Made by a program: the position numbers and the translations under genes. Of a stretch of 64,000 nucleotides of DNA, positions 1 to 10,115 are shown piece after piece. Where the stretch lies: IMG/VR virus record IMGVR_UViG_3300033146_003395, positions 17,736-81,735 of that record. One strand, given 5' to 3'. The stretch comes from a virus. Each line of letters begins with the position of its first letter. Positions within the stretch are counted from its first letter, which is position 1. The notes below the pieces were generated by a model. It searched no databases. It worked only from the letters and a program-made list of their open reading frames with translations, and was not told the origin of the DNA.

Positions 1-90
1 TTAAAGACCTTAGTAGCTGTCTCGAAATATTAGAAAATAATAAACAGAATTGTCCAGAGTTTTTTGTATAATATTTAATAAAGGATAATA

Positions 91-372
91 ATGAGCAAAA
101 AAAGTAATATACGATTTATCATTAAAATTGCTAAATATAATACAAATAATTGGCAAATTAATAAAGTTATGACAAAATATTATATACGTAAAAGATATGT
201 TGATAAGTATTTTAGAGAAAACTGTTCATGTAAAATAAAATTAGTTGAGTTTTCTACAGGTATAGAAGACCGCGATTTTAATAATTTAATTGAGATTGCT
301 TTTGATGAATATAATAAAGGGTCAGATTTAAGTAAGTATATCGAGGAAAATTATCCTGAGTGGTTAATTTAA
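91..372 (+). CDS. hypothetical protein, PEYFV-tag family (ends YPEWLI)
   Basis: AAGGA RBS; C-terminal tag variant. Confidence 0.7.
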   Translation: MSKKSNIRFIIKIAKYNTNNWQINKVMTKYYIRKRYVDKYFRENCSCKIKLVEFSTGIEDRDFNNLIEIAFDEYNKGSDLSKYIEENYPEWLI

Positions 373-391
373 CCACCCAGGAAAAAGGCAT

Positions 392-420
392 AAAAAAAGC
401 CCTTCTAATAAAAGAAGAGC
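392..420 (-). terminator. rho-independent terminator after major capsid gene
   Basis: Minus strand GCTCTTCT-TTTATT-AGAAGGGC followed by T7, about 30 nt after gp23 stop. Confidence 0.8.
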
Positions 421-451
421 TTAAGATTTAAGTTAAAACTTAATCCGAAGA

Positions 452-1897
452 TTAAGCTAAAACAGTGTTACTAAAGTCTACACCAATCATTGAAGCATAA
501 GGAGATTTCTCACCCATTTGTGCAGCAGAATCCTGCCATGGGTTGGTAGTGATCCCATATCTCGTCATTGCGATTAACGCTGGTTGACCAGTAGAAACGT
601 GAGTTACTTTTTGAATTTGAACTGGAGTATATGGAGCATAAACACCAATTGAATCTTGATTAGAACCTTTGTAAACAACAGTCGCATATTCAGAAGTAGC
701 GAAGTTATCAACGATTACTGAAAATTTGTTATCAAATCTACCAACAACACCACCATTAGCGATTTGAGGGTTAACTGTAGAGTCTACATTAGATGCAGTA
801 AATCCACCAATTTGCTCTAACATTGTAACAACTTTTGGAGATACAAGTAATTTATTACCAGCACCACGACGGTTTAATCTACCAATTTCACGACTCATGT
901 CAGAAAGTTTAGCAGCAAACATACGATATTTTTCAATTTCCCATCTACCATCTTGAACACCAGAACCATCATTGATTTTGAATTCAGAAGCTTCAACAGA
1001 TGCGTTAGTGTTAACAAAGTCAACTACTTCACGGTCAGTTTGTGCTTTAATTTCGTAACCCATAAGACTCATAAGTTCTTGGTCTGCAAGAACACCATGC
1101 ATAGCTTTAAGATCTTGGTACATTTCAATTGTATATTCAGCACGTAATTTACGAGTTCTAGCTTCGATTTGTTTACGTTCAACAGCGATACCAACTTCAT
1201 TCATTTCATTTCCAACAGTACCACGGATTTCACCATTAGCAGTTGTATAAGAACCAGAATATTGAGGTAATAGACCTAACCATGTAGCTTCGCTTGAGAA
1301 AGTTCTAACAGCAACAACACCGTCACCTGAACCAGATTGAGTAATAGCTTCACCATTTTGAATGAAAGCATCAACACCAGCTAATTCAACAAGTACACGA
1401 CCTGCAAAAGTATCAGCACCAGCAATAGAAGCATTTGGAGATTGCGCTTTACCAGGTTTTTCACCTTGACGAGTAAACTCAGTAGGTTCAACATAAACAA
1501 CAGTACCAACAGCACCAGAAGTTCCACCAGTTAAAGTATCACCAATTACAGGTGCAACAGTACCGTCTAAATCAACGATTTGAGCTTTAACATTTGGATT
1601 AATAGGATTAGCTTGGTTACCAACAAAACGATTAGTTAAGTTATAGATAAAACCAGTTGGTCCAGACATTGGCTGTACACCTAGTAATTCATTAGCAATA
1701 AGTGCTGGATAAATTCTACGTAACATAGGCATTAAGAATGGAGTAAATTGAGCAACATCAGAAGCTATAGTTCCCTCTGCAATCATTTGTTCAGTTTCAC
1801 GTTTTGTATTAGCCATAACAGCTGCAAGAGTACCTTTATCTAGTTCAGATAATGGTGCATATTTAGTGCTTTCTAAAAGCGCTTTAAATTCAGACAT
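452..1897 (-). CDS. gp23: T4-like major capsid protein
   Basis: GVQPMSGPTG, ARTRKLRAEYTIEMYQDLKAMHG, YAPYTP and MTRYG motifs; downstream of scaffold and protease. Confidence 0.97.
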   Translation of the reverse strand: MSEFKALLESTKYAPLSELDKGTLAAVMANTKRETEQMIAEGTIASDVAQFTPFLMPMLRRIYPALIANELLGVQPMSGPTGFIYNLTNRFVGNQANPINPNVKAQIVDLDGTVAPVIGDTLTGGTSGAVGTVVYVEPTEFTRQGEKPGKAQSPNASIAGADTFAGRVLVELAGVDAFIQNGEAITQSGSGDGVVAVRTFSSEATWLGLLPQYSGSYTTANGEIRGTVGNEMNEVGIAVERKQIEARTRKLRAEYTIEMYQDLKAMHGVLADQELMSLMGYEIKAQTDREVVDFVNTNASVEASEFKINDGSGVQDGRWEIEKYRMFAAKLSDMSREIGRLNRRGAGNKLLVSPKVVTMLEQIGGFTASNVDSTVNPQIANGGVVGRFDNKFSVIVDNFATSEYATVVYKGSNQDSIGVYAPYTPVQIQKVTHVSTGQPALIAMTRYGITTNPWQDSAAQMGEKSPYASMIGVDFSNTVLA

Positions 1898-1955
1898 TTA
1901 AGTCTCCTTATTTTTTAAAAATTTTTATATACTTACCTTTTACGGCAAGCGTTAC

Positions 1956-2007
1956 CAATATAAGCTGTCCCAATGACATTTCAGCTATTTCATCTCTACT
2001 TATATTA
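1956..2007 (-). ncRNA. putative structured 5' leader of gp23 (copy 1 of 2)
   Basis: Stem UAAUAUAAGU/GCUUAUAUUG enclosing AGAGAUGAAAUAGCUGAAA and hairpin UGUC/GACA; same architecture upstream of gp22. Confidence 0.6.
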
Positions 2008-2039
2008 GCTAGTAATGATATTTAATATCGTTACTGTTT

Positions 2040-2047
2040 TATTTATA
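2040..2047 (-). promoter_or_regulatory. T4-type late promoter TATAAATA for gp23
   Basis: Exact gp55-type consensus; context aaacTATAAATAaaacag shared with the gp22 promoter. Confidence 0.8.
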
Positions 2048-2067
2048 GTTTGTGTAATCCTTAGGGA

Positions 2068-2805
2068 TTACACATACTGAGAAAAATCTGTTGCAGCTTT
2101 AACGTCTACAACTTCTGATTTATATGCACCTTTTGGAAGCTCAGTTTCTTTAGATTCAATTGATTCATTGAATGTTTCAGAACGAGAATCAACGATTGAT
2201 TCTTTAAGAGTTTCAAGAGCAGTAACATAACCTTCTGAACGTTCAAAAGTAATCATTTCAGATAGTTTTTCGAATTTATCAGCTTCAACGATTGAAAGGC
2301 CTTTAGCAGTTTCAGCAATGATACCAGCTTTAAGATATTTATCAGACTCTCTACGAGCTTCAGCTAAATCAGATTCTTTTTCAGCAAGACGGCTAGTTGC
2401 GCGGTCAAGTTGGTTTTCAATAGAATCAGCATCTTCTTTAATATCTCTTTCAGAACGAGCTTCTTGAATATCTGTAAGTGTAACACCACCGATAACCAGC
2501 ATAGCATCAAACATTTCTAAAAGTTTTTTAGCTTTTTCGTCTAAGATTTCTGCTTCATACATAGGTGCATTTTGAGCAACAAATTCTTCAACTACAGAAG
2601 TCATATAACCATCAAGAGTGTCTTCAAGGTTTTCTACTTTTTCAGCATATTCTTCTTCAAGAAGTTCAGCTTTTTCAGCAACTTTAGTTTCAACATGTTC
2701 GTCCATCATTTCAACTGATTTAGCCATTACAGCTTTATCGAAAGACTCAGATAGTTGAGCTTTCATTTCGTCATTAATTTCTAATGATTCAAATAATTCA
2801 TTCAT
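2068..2805 (-). CDS. gp22: prohead core scaffolding protein
   Basis: Very acidic coiled-coil, LDGY..SVVEEF motif, immediately upstream of gp23. Confidence 0.85.
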   Translation of the reverse strand: MNELFESLEINDEMKAQLSESFDKAVMAKSVEMMDEHVETKVAEKAELLEEEYAEKVENLEDTLDGYMTSVVEEFVAQNAPMYEAEILDEKAKKLLEMFDAMLVIGGVTLTDIQEARSERDIKEDADSIENQLDRATSRLAEKESDLAEARRESDKYLKAGIIAETAKGLSIVEADKFEKLSEMITFERSEGYVTALETLKESIVDSRSETFNESIESKETELPKGAYKSEVVDVKAATDFSQYV

Positions 2806-2840
2806 TTTTTAGTTCCTTGTTTTTATCCACTTGGGATTTT

Positions 2841-2894
2841 ATTAAGTCTTGCTCGTATACCAGCAATTTCAATCTATTTCAGCTCTAACTTAAT
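2841..2894 (-). ncRNA. putative structured 5' leader of gp22 (copy 2 of 2)
   Basis: Stem AUUAAGUU/GACUUAAU enclosing AGAGCUGAAAUAGAUUGAAA and hairpin UUGCU/AGCAA. Confidence 0.6.
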
Positions 2895-2903
2895 CTTCTG
2901 TTT

Positions 2904-2911
2904 TATTTATA
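2904..2911 (-). promoter_or_regulatory. T4-type late promoter TATAAATA for gp22
   Basis: Exact consensus upstream of the leader. Confidence 0.8.
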
Positions 2912-2977
2912 GTTTAAGAAATTCTTAACTTGAAAACAAATTAAGAATCTATAAACTATATTTTAACTATATTTAAC

Positions 2978-3529
2978 TTATACTTCCGAGATAGTCTTAA
3001 CACTGAAAGATAGACCAACTTTTTTTTCAAGTTTGTCAGCAATTTCAGTAGTATTAGCACCATCGAATTTTTTAACTTCAGGCCAAATTTTATCACCAGA
3101 ATTATTGTAACGATTATATAAATCATCACCTTTAATCTTCATATTAGGGTTATCTCCCGGAATAGCGTATAATAAATCACCAGATTTAGATAAGAATAAC
3201 TTATCAGTTCCAGCAGGATTACCTATATATACTATATAAGAAGCTTTACCTTCGTGTAAATATGAACCTCTTTCAAAGTCAGAAAGTTTAATACCTTCAT
3301 TTACAGCAAGTGATTTAACTTCTGTAATAGCATCCATATCAATAAGATAATGAAATCTACTTTGATCTTCCATAATGTTATTATCAGTGTCATATATAAT
3401 GTTATTAAACGTATCTAATACACAAACCACTTCATTTGTTTGTGTATTAGCATAATGTTTTCTAACACCTTTAGTTTGTACTTCACTTACTGCTTTAGTA
3501 AATGAAGCTTCAAAATCAAATATACCCAT
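2978..3529 (-). CDS. hypothetical head-module protein (possible internal protein)
   Basis: Coupled to gp21 stop; candidate cleavage sites VNE-G and LHE-G. Confidence 0.6.
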   Translation of the reverse strand: MGIFDFEASFTKAVSEVQTKGVRKHYANTQTNEVVCVLDTFNNIIYDTDNNIMEDQSRFHYLIDMDAITEVKSLAVNEGIKLSDFERGSYLHEGKASYIVYIGNPAGTDKLFLSKSGDLLYAIPGDNPNMKIKGDDLYNRYNNSGDKIWPEVKKFDGANTTEIADKLEKKVGLSFSVKTISEV

Positions 3530-5223
3530 TAGTAATCCTTACCGTTTTCAATTTCATCATATTTTTCATATGTATCAAACGCTTTTTTAGATTCTTTAGT
3601 AAATTTACCTAATAAAGAACTTCCATCACGTTTCATAGCTTTTTCGCAAGCCATCATAGCATCAGAAAGTTCACCTAGTAAGTCACCTGCTTGAGTAGCT
3701 TCTTTAAGTGATTCTGCATCCCATTTAGCAAGTGCTGCTAATTCTTTACCTCTAGCAACCCATTTACCATCAGTAAAATATACAGTGTTACCATTAGAAA
3801 GTTTAGCTGATACTGCAATATCGTCTTCTTTTTTCATACTAGTTACAGATACAGATTCATCTAATCTGTATCCTTTTAAAGTTTCAGTTTCAACATCATT
3901 ATCAAATTGGTCAATACCAACGAAATAACCATCGTCAAAATCAGTAAAAGATACTAAGATTTCATCTGGGTTAATTAACATAACCTCACCATCTTTCTTA
4001 AGACGTTTTTGAACTTCTTTAGAAATATCTTTGCCTTCAGTAACAGGTTTATTCATATATGAGTCAAATTTAGCTTTTAAATCAGCTTCTTCTTTTATAT
4101 GTGCATCTGTTTCAGCTTTATTTGCGAATTTTTCGAATGCTTCTGTTAATTCTTTAGCTTTACAACCACAAGATTTCTCGGATTTAGGTTCAGGTTCAAC
4201 TACAGCAGCCACTTCATCTAAGTCAGTGTCTTGCTTGATAACATCATCAATATCATTAGCAATTTTTTCTAAGTATTTTGCAGCTTTTTTAGAAGAATCT
4301 TTTTTTAGCTCAACATATGCAGCCCAAAATGCATCCACTACTTCTTCAGCAGCTTCATTAGTTTCTTTAGTTCCATTATCCATATGATCAGCATCAATAA
4401 CTTCTTTCTTTTTAACACATACAGGACATTCACAATTTTCTTCATGGTCTTCACCATCTGAATTTTCTATAATTTGTTTTTCTAGTTCATTAACTGCAGA
4501 ATATGTATCACATTCATTACACTTAAGTTTTAGGTCGCCATCTTCTACAATAAATGAAACAGCAGCAGCTTTACAACTAGGGCAAGTAACATTTTTAGCT
4601 TCTAACATTGCTGTTAGTTTTTCTTTTTCTTCTTTTTTACTTTCCGCAACCATTGTACAACCAGTAGGGGTACAAACCCATTTACCTTTAGCATCCACTT
4701 CATAATCTACACTTTCAAAAAGCATACTTTCATTGAATCCTGTTAAGTTAGCATTATAATCTGAAGGGGTACTAACAATATCATAAGTAGTTAAATGAAA
4801 TTCTTCAACTATTTCGCCAACCAGTTTACCAACACCACGAGAGCTAACACCAATTTTAACACCTTTGTCAATTAATGCTCTCATAACCATAGTTTCTGGG
4901 ATATTTAATAGTTCAGCTTCACCATATACCATACCTTCTCTCATTTCCAGTTTACGGATTTGAGCTACAGCTTTCCAAGGGTCAACTGTATTTCTTTGAG
5001 GGTGTTCTTTTTCCATTAGAGTGTTGCTAGTTTTACCAGAAATTTCTTTTTGATAAAGATCTACTGTATCTTCCCAAAGTTTTTTCGCATATATACGACC
5101 ATTTCTGTTCTTCTTATCGGGAGTTGAGAATGTACCTTTAATTACATACGTCTTCTGATTTGTTGATTCGTTAAGTTCAATAACGTTCTCTAAATCAAAA
5201 GTTTCTTCGAGAATTAACTTCAT
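3529..5223 (-). CDS. gp21: prohead protease with long C-terminal extension
   Basis: KNRNGRIY, EHP, IGVSSRGVG, YDIVSTPS motifs in the first ~165 aa; ~400 extra aa with Cys clusters. Confidence 0.92.
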   Translation of the reverse strand: MKLILEETFDLENVIELNESTNQKTYVIKGTFSTPDKKNRNGRIYAKKLWEDTVDLYQKEISGKTSNTLMEKEHPQRNTVDPWKAVAQIRKLEMREGMVYGEAELLNIPETMVMRALIDKGVKIGVSSRGVGKLVGEIVEEFHLTTYDIVSTPSDYNANLTGFNESMLFESVDYEVDAKGKWVCTPTGCTMVAESKKEEKEKLTAMLEAKNVTCPSCKAAAVSFIVEDGDLKLKCNECDTYSAVNELEKQIIENSDGEDHEENCECPVCVKKKEVIDADHMDNGTKETNEAAEEVVDAFWAAYVELKKDSSKKAAKYLEKIANDIDDVIKQDTDLDEVAAVVEPEPKSEKSCGCKAKELTEAFEKFANKAETDAHIKEEADLKAKFDSYMNKPVTEGKDISKEVQKRLKKDGEVMLINPDEILVSFTDFDDGYFVGIDQFDNDVETETLKGYRLDESVSVTSMKKEDDIAVSAKLSNGNTVYFTDGKWVARGKELAALAKWDAESLKEATQAGDLLGELSDAMMACEKAMKRDGSSLLGKFTKESKKAFDTYEKYDEIENGKDY

Positions 5224-5247
5224 TTTATACCTTTTATATTAAGTTGA

Positions 5248-5727
5248 TTACAGTTTTAATTTTTTTAAAGCTGATTTAATAGAACTTATTGCTAAATCAA
5301 CTGCTGGAGCTGGCTCAGTTCCATTTTTTTCATAATTTTTCTTTAAATCTGATTTTAAAGTGCTTTTAATCTCAGCACCACTATCGCCAACACTATTATC
5401 GATTGAATGAGAAACTATTGTATCTAGTCCTGAGTCATCAATAAGACCAAAAAATTCTTCATATTTTTCATCATTATCTAGTTTTTTATCTAAACTAGCT
5501 ATTAAATTTGCTAACTCTTTTATATCGCCAAAATCTGTACCTTCGGTAATTGATCCACCAGCATTCATTTCAGCTAAAAGTTGACGTGCAACTGTTTTAC
5601 CACCAATTTCTTTAACAATTTTTTTGAACTTAGCTCTTAGCTCAGCTCCAACGTGCGCTTTTGCATCAGCTGCACCAGTACGACCAACCATACCAACTGC
5701 AGATTCAAACAATACTCTTAAACTCAT
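5248..5727 (-). CDS. putative prohead core/internal protein (gp68 position)
   Basis: Between portal and protease; LFES N-terminus; ITE-G site. Confidence 0.5.
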   Translation of the reverse strand: MSLRVLFESAVGMVGRTGAADAKAHVGAELRAKFKKIVKEIGGKTVARQLLAEMNAGGSITEGTDFGDIKELANLIASLDKKLDNDEKYEEFFGLIDDSGLDTIVSHSIDNSVGDSGAEIKSTLKSDLKKNYEKNGTEPAPAVDLAISSIKSALKKLKL

Positions 5728-5966
5728 TATTTCTCACCTTTTCCGTTTTCCCAGCCAGCAGAAATATCTTCAGATTCTGGATTATCTCCATCGGCTTCAA
5801 CAATTGGGTTTTTGCTAACATTTTGAGCTACATCTAACCTGTCTATATAACTTTTCATTACAGGGTTTTCTTGAACTTTTGTACGTAAAGCATCTAAAGC
5901 CATATCTTCAAATTTGATATAACTTCTATCTTGTGCAGCTTTTACTAAATCTACAGTATTTGACAT
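5727..5966 (-). CDS. putative prohead core protein (gp67 position)
   Basis: Small acidic protein after portal with late promoter at 5993-6000; paralog of 10116..10427. Confidence 0.55.
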   Translation of the reverse strand: MSNTVDLVKAAQDRSYIKFEDMALDALRTKVQENPVMKSYIDRLDVAQNVSKNPIVEADGDNPESEDISAGWENGKGEK

Positions 5967-6030
5967 TGGTGTTTCCTTTTATTTTATTAATTTATTTATA
6001 AGATACGATATTATAAGTTAAAATTCTAAC

Positions 6031-7587
6031 CTAAAATCCATCATCTTGTTTCTCGTAAAAGCTTCTATATAATGGATTATTAGTTTCGGCTTTAATTCGT
6101 TCCATTTCTTCCTGAAGTTGTTCATTAGTCCAACCAAAAGTCATCTTAACAGCGGTTTCAAGTGATACCATAACACCAATTTCTTCTTTAATCTCTTGGA
6201 AGTTGCCAACAGATTTAATGAATAAATCTTTTTCCATATTCTCAAGGAATATAGAACGACATTGAAATTCAATTGTTATTTTTTCTTTGTATTTATCCCA
6301 CTCACCTTCACTCATAACACCAGTAGTGATTAATTCTCTTTTAAGAAGTTGTTTAATCATTTTTGTAACTGGAATACGAAGTCTGTCTACATGTAAATAA
6401 AATCCCATATCTTCATTTGAGATAGAGTCAGTTTCGTAACTGAAATCTCCACCATTTTCATCGGCATAAGGATTTCTATTAGTGGGTATTTTCATAGATG
6501 TGAATAATTTTTTAGATGTATGAATAATATCTTCCATATCCATAAGACCACCAGCTTCATCCATAGTTTCAACAGTTGTACCTCTTGAACCACTTCTGTT
6601 ACTCATCCAATAATCTTCAACTAAAGGTTGAGTACTTTGCATATTACGTATAGTACCTGATTCAGTATCATAAGTCTTTTTATATTTGAATTCTGAACGG
6701 ATTTTGTCCATTAATTCCTTGGCTTTCTTAGGTGGTAAATCAGCTACATCTATATTAAACATTCTACGAGAAACTGAACGAGAGTATCTCATAGGTACTA
6801 ACATATTCTCTAATGTATCTAATTGATTGGCTGATTTAAAAGCATTTTCTAGGTAACCTAGATTAACTTTACCTCTTTGATTTTCTGAAACACTAATCTT
6901 AGATGTTAAACCATAATCAACATGAATTAATTCATCTTTTGAATACTCTTCATTATATAATAATTCTTGTTGTAACTCATTTTCGTATAGGCAAGAACCA
7001 AGTTTTTGATCATCTGGTGCATATTTCCATACAGTATTTTCTTCATCAAAATATAAACCAAATGGCTCAAGTATTTGTACTTTTTTAATACCTGCTTTCA
7101 TGTTAGCTTCATCAAAAGTTAAAGCTACATTAAGTTGACCATCTACATACATTTGACGACAAATTGGGTGTATATTCTCAGTCATATTTAATAGATTTAA
7201 TACTTTGTCAAATACTTCGCCGATTCTTTCTTTAATTTGATTATTTTCTTCATCAATATTAATCTTGAATTCTTTTTTATCAACTGTAAAAGCCATTTCA
7301 TTAATAATTAAATCTATAGCATAATTTACATCAGAATCTTTAGCAAGTTGACGATACATCTCAATTACTTTAGACTGATATTTTAGTAATGAACTTTCGT
7401 TACCACCATATTGCCACTCGTAAGTGTCCAGGTCTCCAAAAACCATAGTTCCTTCAAAATCATCATCTGATAAAGTTTTAACTACATGCAAATCATCTGT
7501 TGTATTAGATGGCTCTTGAATATTATCGGCTGGATTACCTTTTAGAAACGGTTTCTTTAACGCTTCGGTAATGTTGTTTAAAGTCAT
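6031..7587 (-). CDS. gp20: portal vertex protein
   Basis: YVDG, RRMFNIDVADLPPKKA, EDYW..R..SRGT.VETM motifs of T4 gp20. Confidence 0.95.
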   Translation of the reverse strand: MTLNNITEALKKPFLKGNPADNIQEPSNTTDDLHVVKTLSDDDFEGTMVFGDLDTYEWQYGGNESSLLKYQSKVIEMYRQLAKDSDVNYAIDLIINEMAFTVDKKEFKINIDEENNQIKERIGEVFDKVLNLLNMTENIHPICRQMYVDGQLNVALTFDEANMKAGIKKVQILEPFGLYFDEENTVWKYAPDDQKLGSCLYENELQQELLYNEEYSKDELIHVDYGLTSKISVSENQRGKVNLGYLENAFKSANQLDTLENMLVPMRYSRSVSRRMFNIDVADLPPKKAKELMDKIRSEFKYKKTYDTESGTIRNMQSTQPLVEDYWMSNRSGSRGTTVETMDEAGGLMDMEDIIHTSKKLFTSMKIPTNRNPYADENGGDFSYETDSISNEDMGFYLHVDRLRIPVTKMIKQLLKRELITTGVMSEGEWDKYKEKITIEFQCRSIFLENMEKDLFIKSVGNFQEIKEEIGVMVSLETAVKMTFGWTNEQLQEEMERIKAETNNPLYRSFYEKQDDGF

Positions 7588-7618
7588 ATTTTTCCTTTTA
7601 CTCTTTTCCTATTTAAGT

Positions 7619-7632
7619 TATTTATATAAATA
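7619..7632. promoter_or_regulatory. overlapping divergent late promoters
   Basis: TATTTATATAAATA gives TATAAATA on both strands between gp20 and the endonuclease/gp13 unit. Confidence 0.65.
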
Positions 7633-7661
7633 TTGTAATTAGAAAAGATATAAGGGTTTAG

Positions 7662-8315
7662 ATGTTTGTTGTATATTTAACAATGTATAAAGGTAATTTA
7701 TTACCTCAATGGTATGTAGGTTCATCTAATGAGACAAGAATAAATAATGGATATAATGGTTCAGTTAAATCTAAAAAATATAAATCTATATATTTAATAG
7801 AGCAAAAAGAAAATAAAATATTATTTAAGACTCGCATTTTGAGCCAACACTCAACCAGAGAAGAGGCATTAATAGAAGAATTACGTCTTCAGAAACTTCA
7901 TAATGTAGTGAAAAATGATAAATATATTAATATGAGTTTTGCTTCTATAAATGGATTCTTTGGAAGAGATGTATCTGGTAAACTAAATCCTAGTTATGGC
8001 AGGAAAATGACAATAGAACAGAAAGAAAAAATTAGCAAATCTTTAATAGGTAAGTTTACTGGCGAAAAATCTGCTAATTATGATAGAGAATTTAGTAATG
8101 AATGGAAAGAAAACATTAGTAAAGCTAAAAAAGGCTGTAAAAGTCCTTTTAAAGGAAAGACTCACTCTAAAGAGTCTATAGAATTAAATAGAATTGCAGC
8201 AAAAAATAGAGAAAAGTTAGAATGCCCATATTGTCAGAAAGTATTAGATATTTCTAATGCTAAGAGGTGGCATTTTGATAATTGTAAATTTAAAGAGGAA
8301 GTAGAAAATGGATAG
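7662..8315 (+). CDS. GIY-YIG-like homing endonuclease with NUMOD3-type repeats and C-terminal Zn finger
   Basis: VYLT...WYVGS N-terminus; KGKTHSKES; CPYC..KRWHFDNCK; paralog of 41020..41835. Confidence 0.75.
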   Translation: MFVVYLTMYKGNLLPQWYVGSSNETRINNGYNGSVKSKKYKSIYLIEQKENKILFKTRILSQHSTREEALIEELRLQKLHNVVKNDKYINMSFASINGFFGRDVSGKLNPSYGRKMTIEQKEKISKSLIGKFTGEKSANYDREFSNEWKENISKAKKGCKSPFKGKTHSKESIELNRIAAKNREKLECPYCQKVLDISNAKRWHFDNCKFKEEVENG

Positions 8316-9189
8316 AAATCAACCACAAGTAGTTAATCAAAAACAACGTTCTCGTAAAGTTGATAGTGAAGAAAAGCTAGTTGATTACATAAGAACTATG
8401 TTAGGCGAACCAATGATACAAGTAGATGTTTCAGATAACCAAATTCTATTAAATATTGATGAGACAATCAGAAAGTTCAGTGACTTCGCTTTCGGTGGGG
8501 AAGAAACAATAGCATTTGTATATGAAGGGCAAGAAGATGTACAAGATTATAGATTAGACTCAAGAGTCCAAGCTATATTATCAGTATCATGGGCTAATAG
8601 TTTAGGTACTATTAATTATGGAAATGGTGCTGGCGGTGTAAACTTAGGTCCAGGTTGGGGAACAATCGGAATCGGATATGTGCCACATGTTGATTCAATG
8701 GGTAATGTTTCGTCTTTAGAAGGTGGAATGGCTTCAGGTTCTTGTTCAACAGAAGTTTCTGGTGCTGCTGGTGGTGTTGGTAGAGGCTCAAGAATGGATA
8801 GTATGAGTAATGCTTACGCTTCTTTGGCTCAAAGAGATACAATGCAAGCATTATTTGGTAGAGGTGTTAATTTTGAATTCAATAGTAATACAAAAATACT
8901 TCGTGTATTTGAACCAATTGCTGGACCATTTATGATAGAAGCATCTGTGGAATATCAACCAAACCCAGAATATGATGAGATATATACCCATGATTTTATT
9001 AAAAGATATTCTGTAGCATTAACAAGAAGATTATGGTCAACCATTACTGGTAAGTATGATTCTGCTCTTGTTGGAGGAGCAACTATAAATTATGATAAGA
9101 TGCAATCGGAAGCCGAAGCAGAACTTGATAAATTAGATGATGAATTATTAACTAAATGGGCACCAGCGTTAGGAATTTTCAGTGGTTGA
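8308..9189 (+). CDS. gp13: neck protein
   Basis: LVDYIRTMLGEPMIQVDV N-terminus; KY...LVGGATINY C-terminal motif. Confidence 0.85.
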   Translation: MDRNQPQVVNQKQRSRKVDSEEKLVDYIRTMLGEPMIQVDVSDNQILLNIDETIRKFSDFAFGGEETIAFVYEGQEDVQDYRLDSRVQAILSVSWANSLGTINYGNGAGGVNLGPGWGTIGIGYVPHVDSMGNVSSLEGGMASGSCSTEVSGAAGGVGRGSRMDSMSNAYASLAQRDTMQALFGRGVNFEFNSNTKILRVFEPIAGPFMIEASVEYQPNPEYDEIYTHDFIKRYSVALTRRLWSTITGKYDSALVGGATINYDKMQSEAEAELDKLDDELLTKWAPALGIFSG

Positions 9190-9975
9190 TTTTGTAAATA
9201 ATTCTTCTAAAGAAATTGATGAATTTGCTTTTTTATTATAATTTTCTTCCCAGGGTATCATTTCCAAATTATGAATATTACCAATATATATTGGTAATAT
9301 TCCATTATTATATCCCTGCAATATACTAAATTTATGATCTAGATGATATTTTCCGTTTACACCAGCCATACCTCTTTTATCTATATTATTTAAGCTTGAT
9401 ATATTCATAGAATTTGTTATTCTATATACTTCTCGCTTATATAATTTATATAACGATAAATTTTCTAAAGTAACCCAATGATTTAATTTTTCTCTTGTCT
9501 CTCTGGTCTTTATCATTGCTTTATTTCTAACTTCTGGTATTTTACTAATATTATTTACGCCATACTTTATTAAACAAGTATTTTTATATTTTTCGATATT
9601 ATTATAATTTTCATCCCCATACCTGTTTAATTTTGTCATTTTAATTTTGTCTACATTACAATAATTTTCATCACCATACCTGCTTAATTTTGTCATTTTA
9701 ATCTGTTCGTTTGATTTTTTTATTTTATCTTTATCATTTTCCCTACATCTAGCACAACAAAATATATTATATCCGTTTTTGAATGATTTGAATTTGACAA
9801 TATTATAATTACATTTCTTACATTTAGGAGGTGATACTAAATTATTATTGAAAGCAAAATAATATTCTTGTTTAGAATTACACCAAGAATACTTAATAGG
9901 TACGGTTATTCTTTTGGACCTATTACTATTTATTTTTCCAGAGGGGCCTATTAACCATTTTATTAGTTTTTTCAT
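9169..9975 (-). CDS. HNH-like homing endonuclease
   Basis: CKKC/CCARC, tandem KMTKLxRYGDENY repeats, YHLDHKFS..NLEMIPWEENYNK. Confidence 0.75.
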   Translation of the reverse strand: MKKLIKWLIGPSGKINSNRSKRITVPIKYSWCNSKQEYYFAFNNNLVSPPKCKKCNYNIVKFKSFKNGYNIFCCARCRENDKDKIKKSNEQIKMTKLSRYGDENYCNVDKIKMTKLNRYGDENYNNIEKYKNTCLIKYGVNNISKIPEVRNKAMIKTRETREKLNHWVTLENLSLYKLYKREVYRITNSMNISSLNNIDKRGMAGVNGKYHLDHKFSILQGYNNGILPIYIGNIHNLEMIPWEENYNKKANSSISLEELFTKSTTENS

Positions 9976-9994
9976 TTTTATAATCCTTTTAGAT

Positions 9995-10087
9995 TATAAG
10001 AGGACTTCGACGGTCAAATTATAAATGTAGAAGGACCGTCGAAAGAGCTTCTACATTTATAACATCTCTTATAGTATTTTATTTATA
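9995..10087 (-). ncRNA. endonuclease-associated structured element copy 1 with late promoter
   Basis: TATAAATA, P1 UAUAAGAG, 15-bp P2, loop CUCU-UUCGACGGUC complementary to downstream GACCGUCGAA, P1', RBS, ATG. Confidence 0.75.
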
Positions 10088-10115
10088 AATATAATAATTA
10101 AAACAAAGGACAAAC

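Noticed and set aside
9995-10073. Calling the repeated element or the capsid leaders a hammerhead, HDV-like or other known ribozyme or riboswitch
   Set aside because: No CUGAnGA/GAAA core or other consensus I recognise; left unassigned pending an Rfam search.
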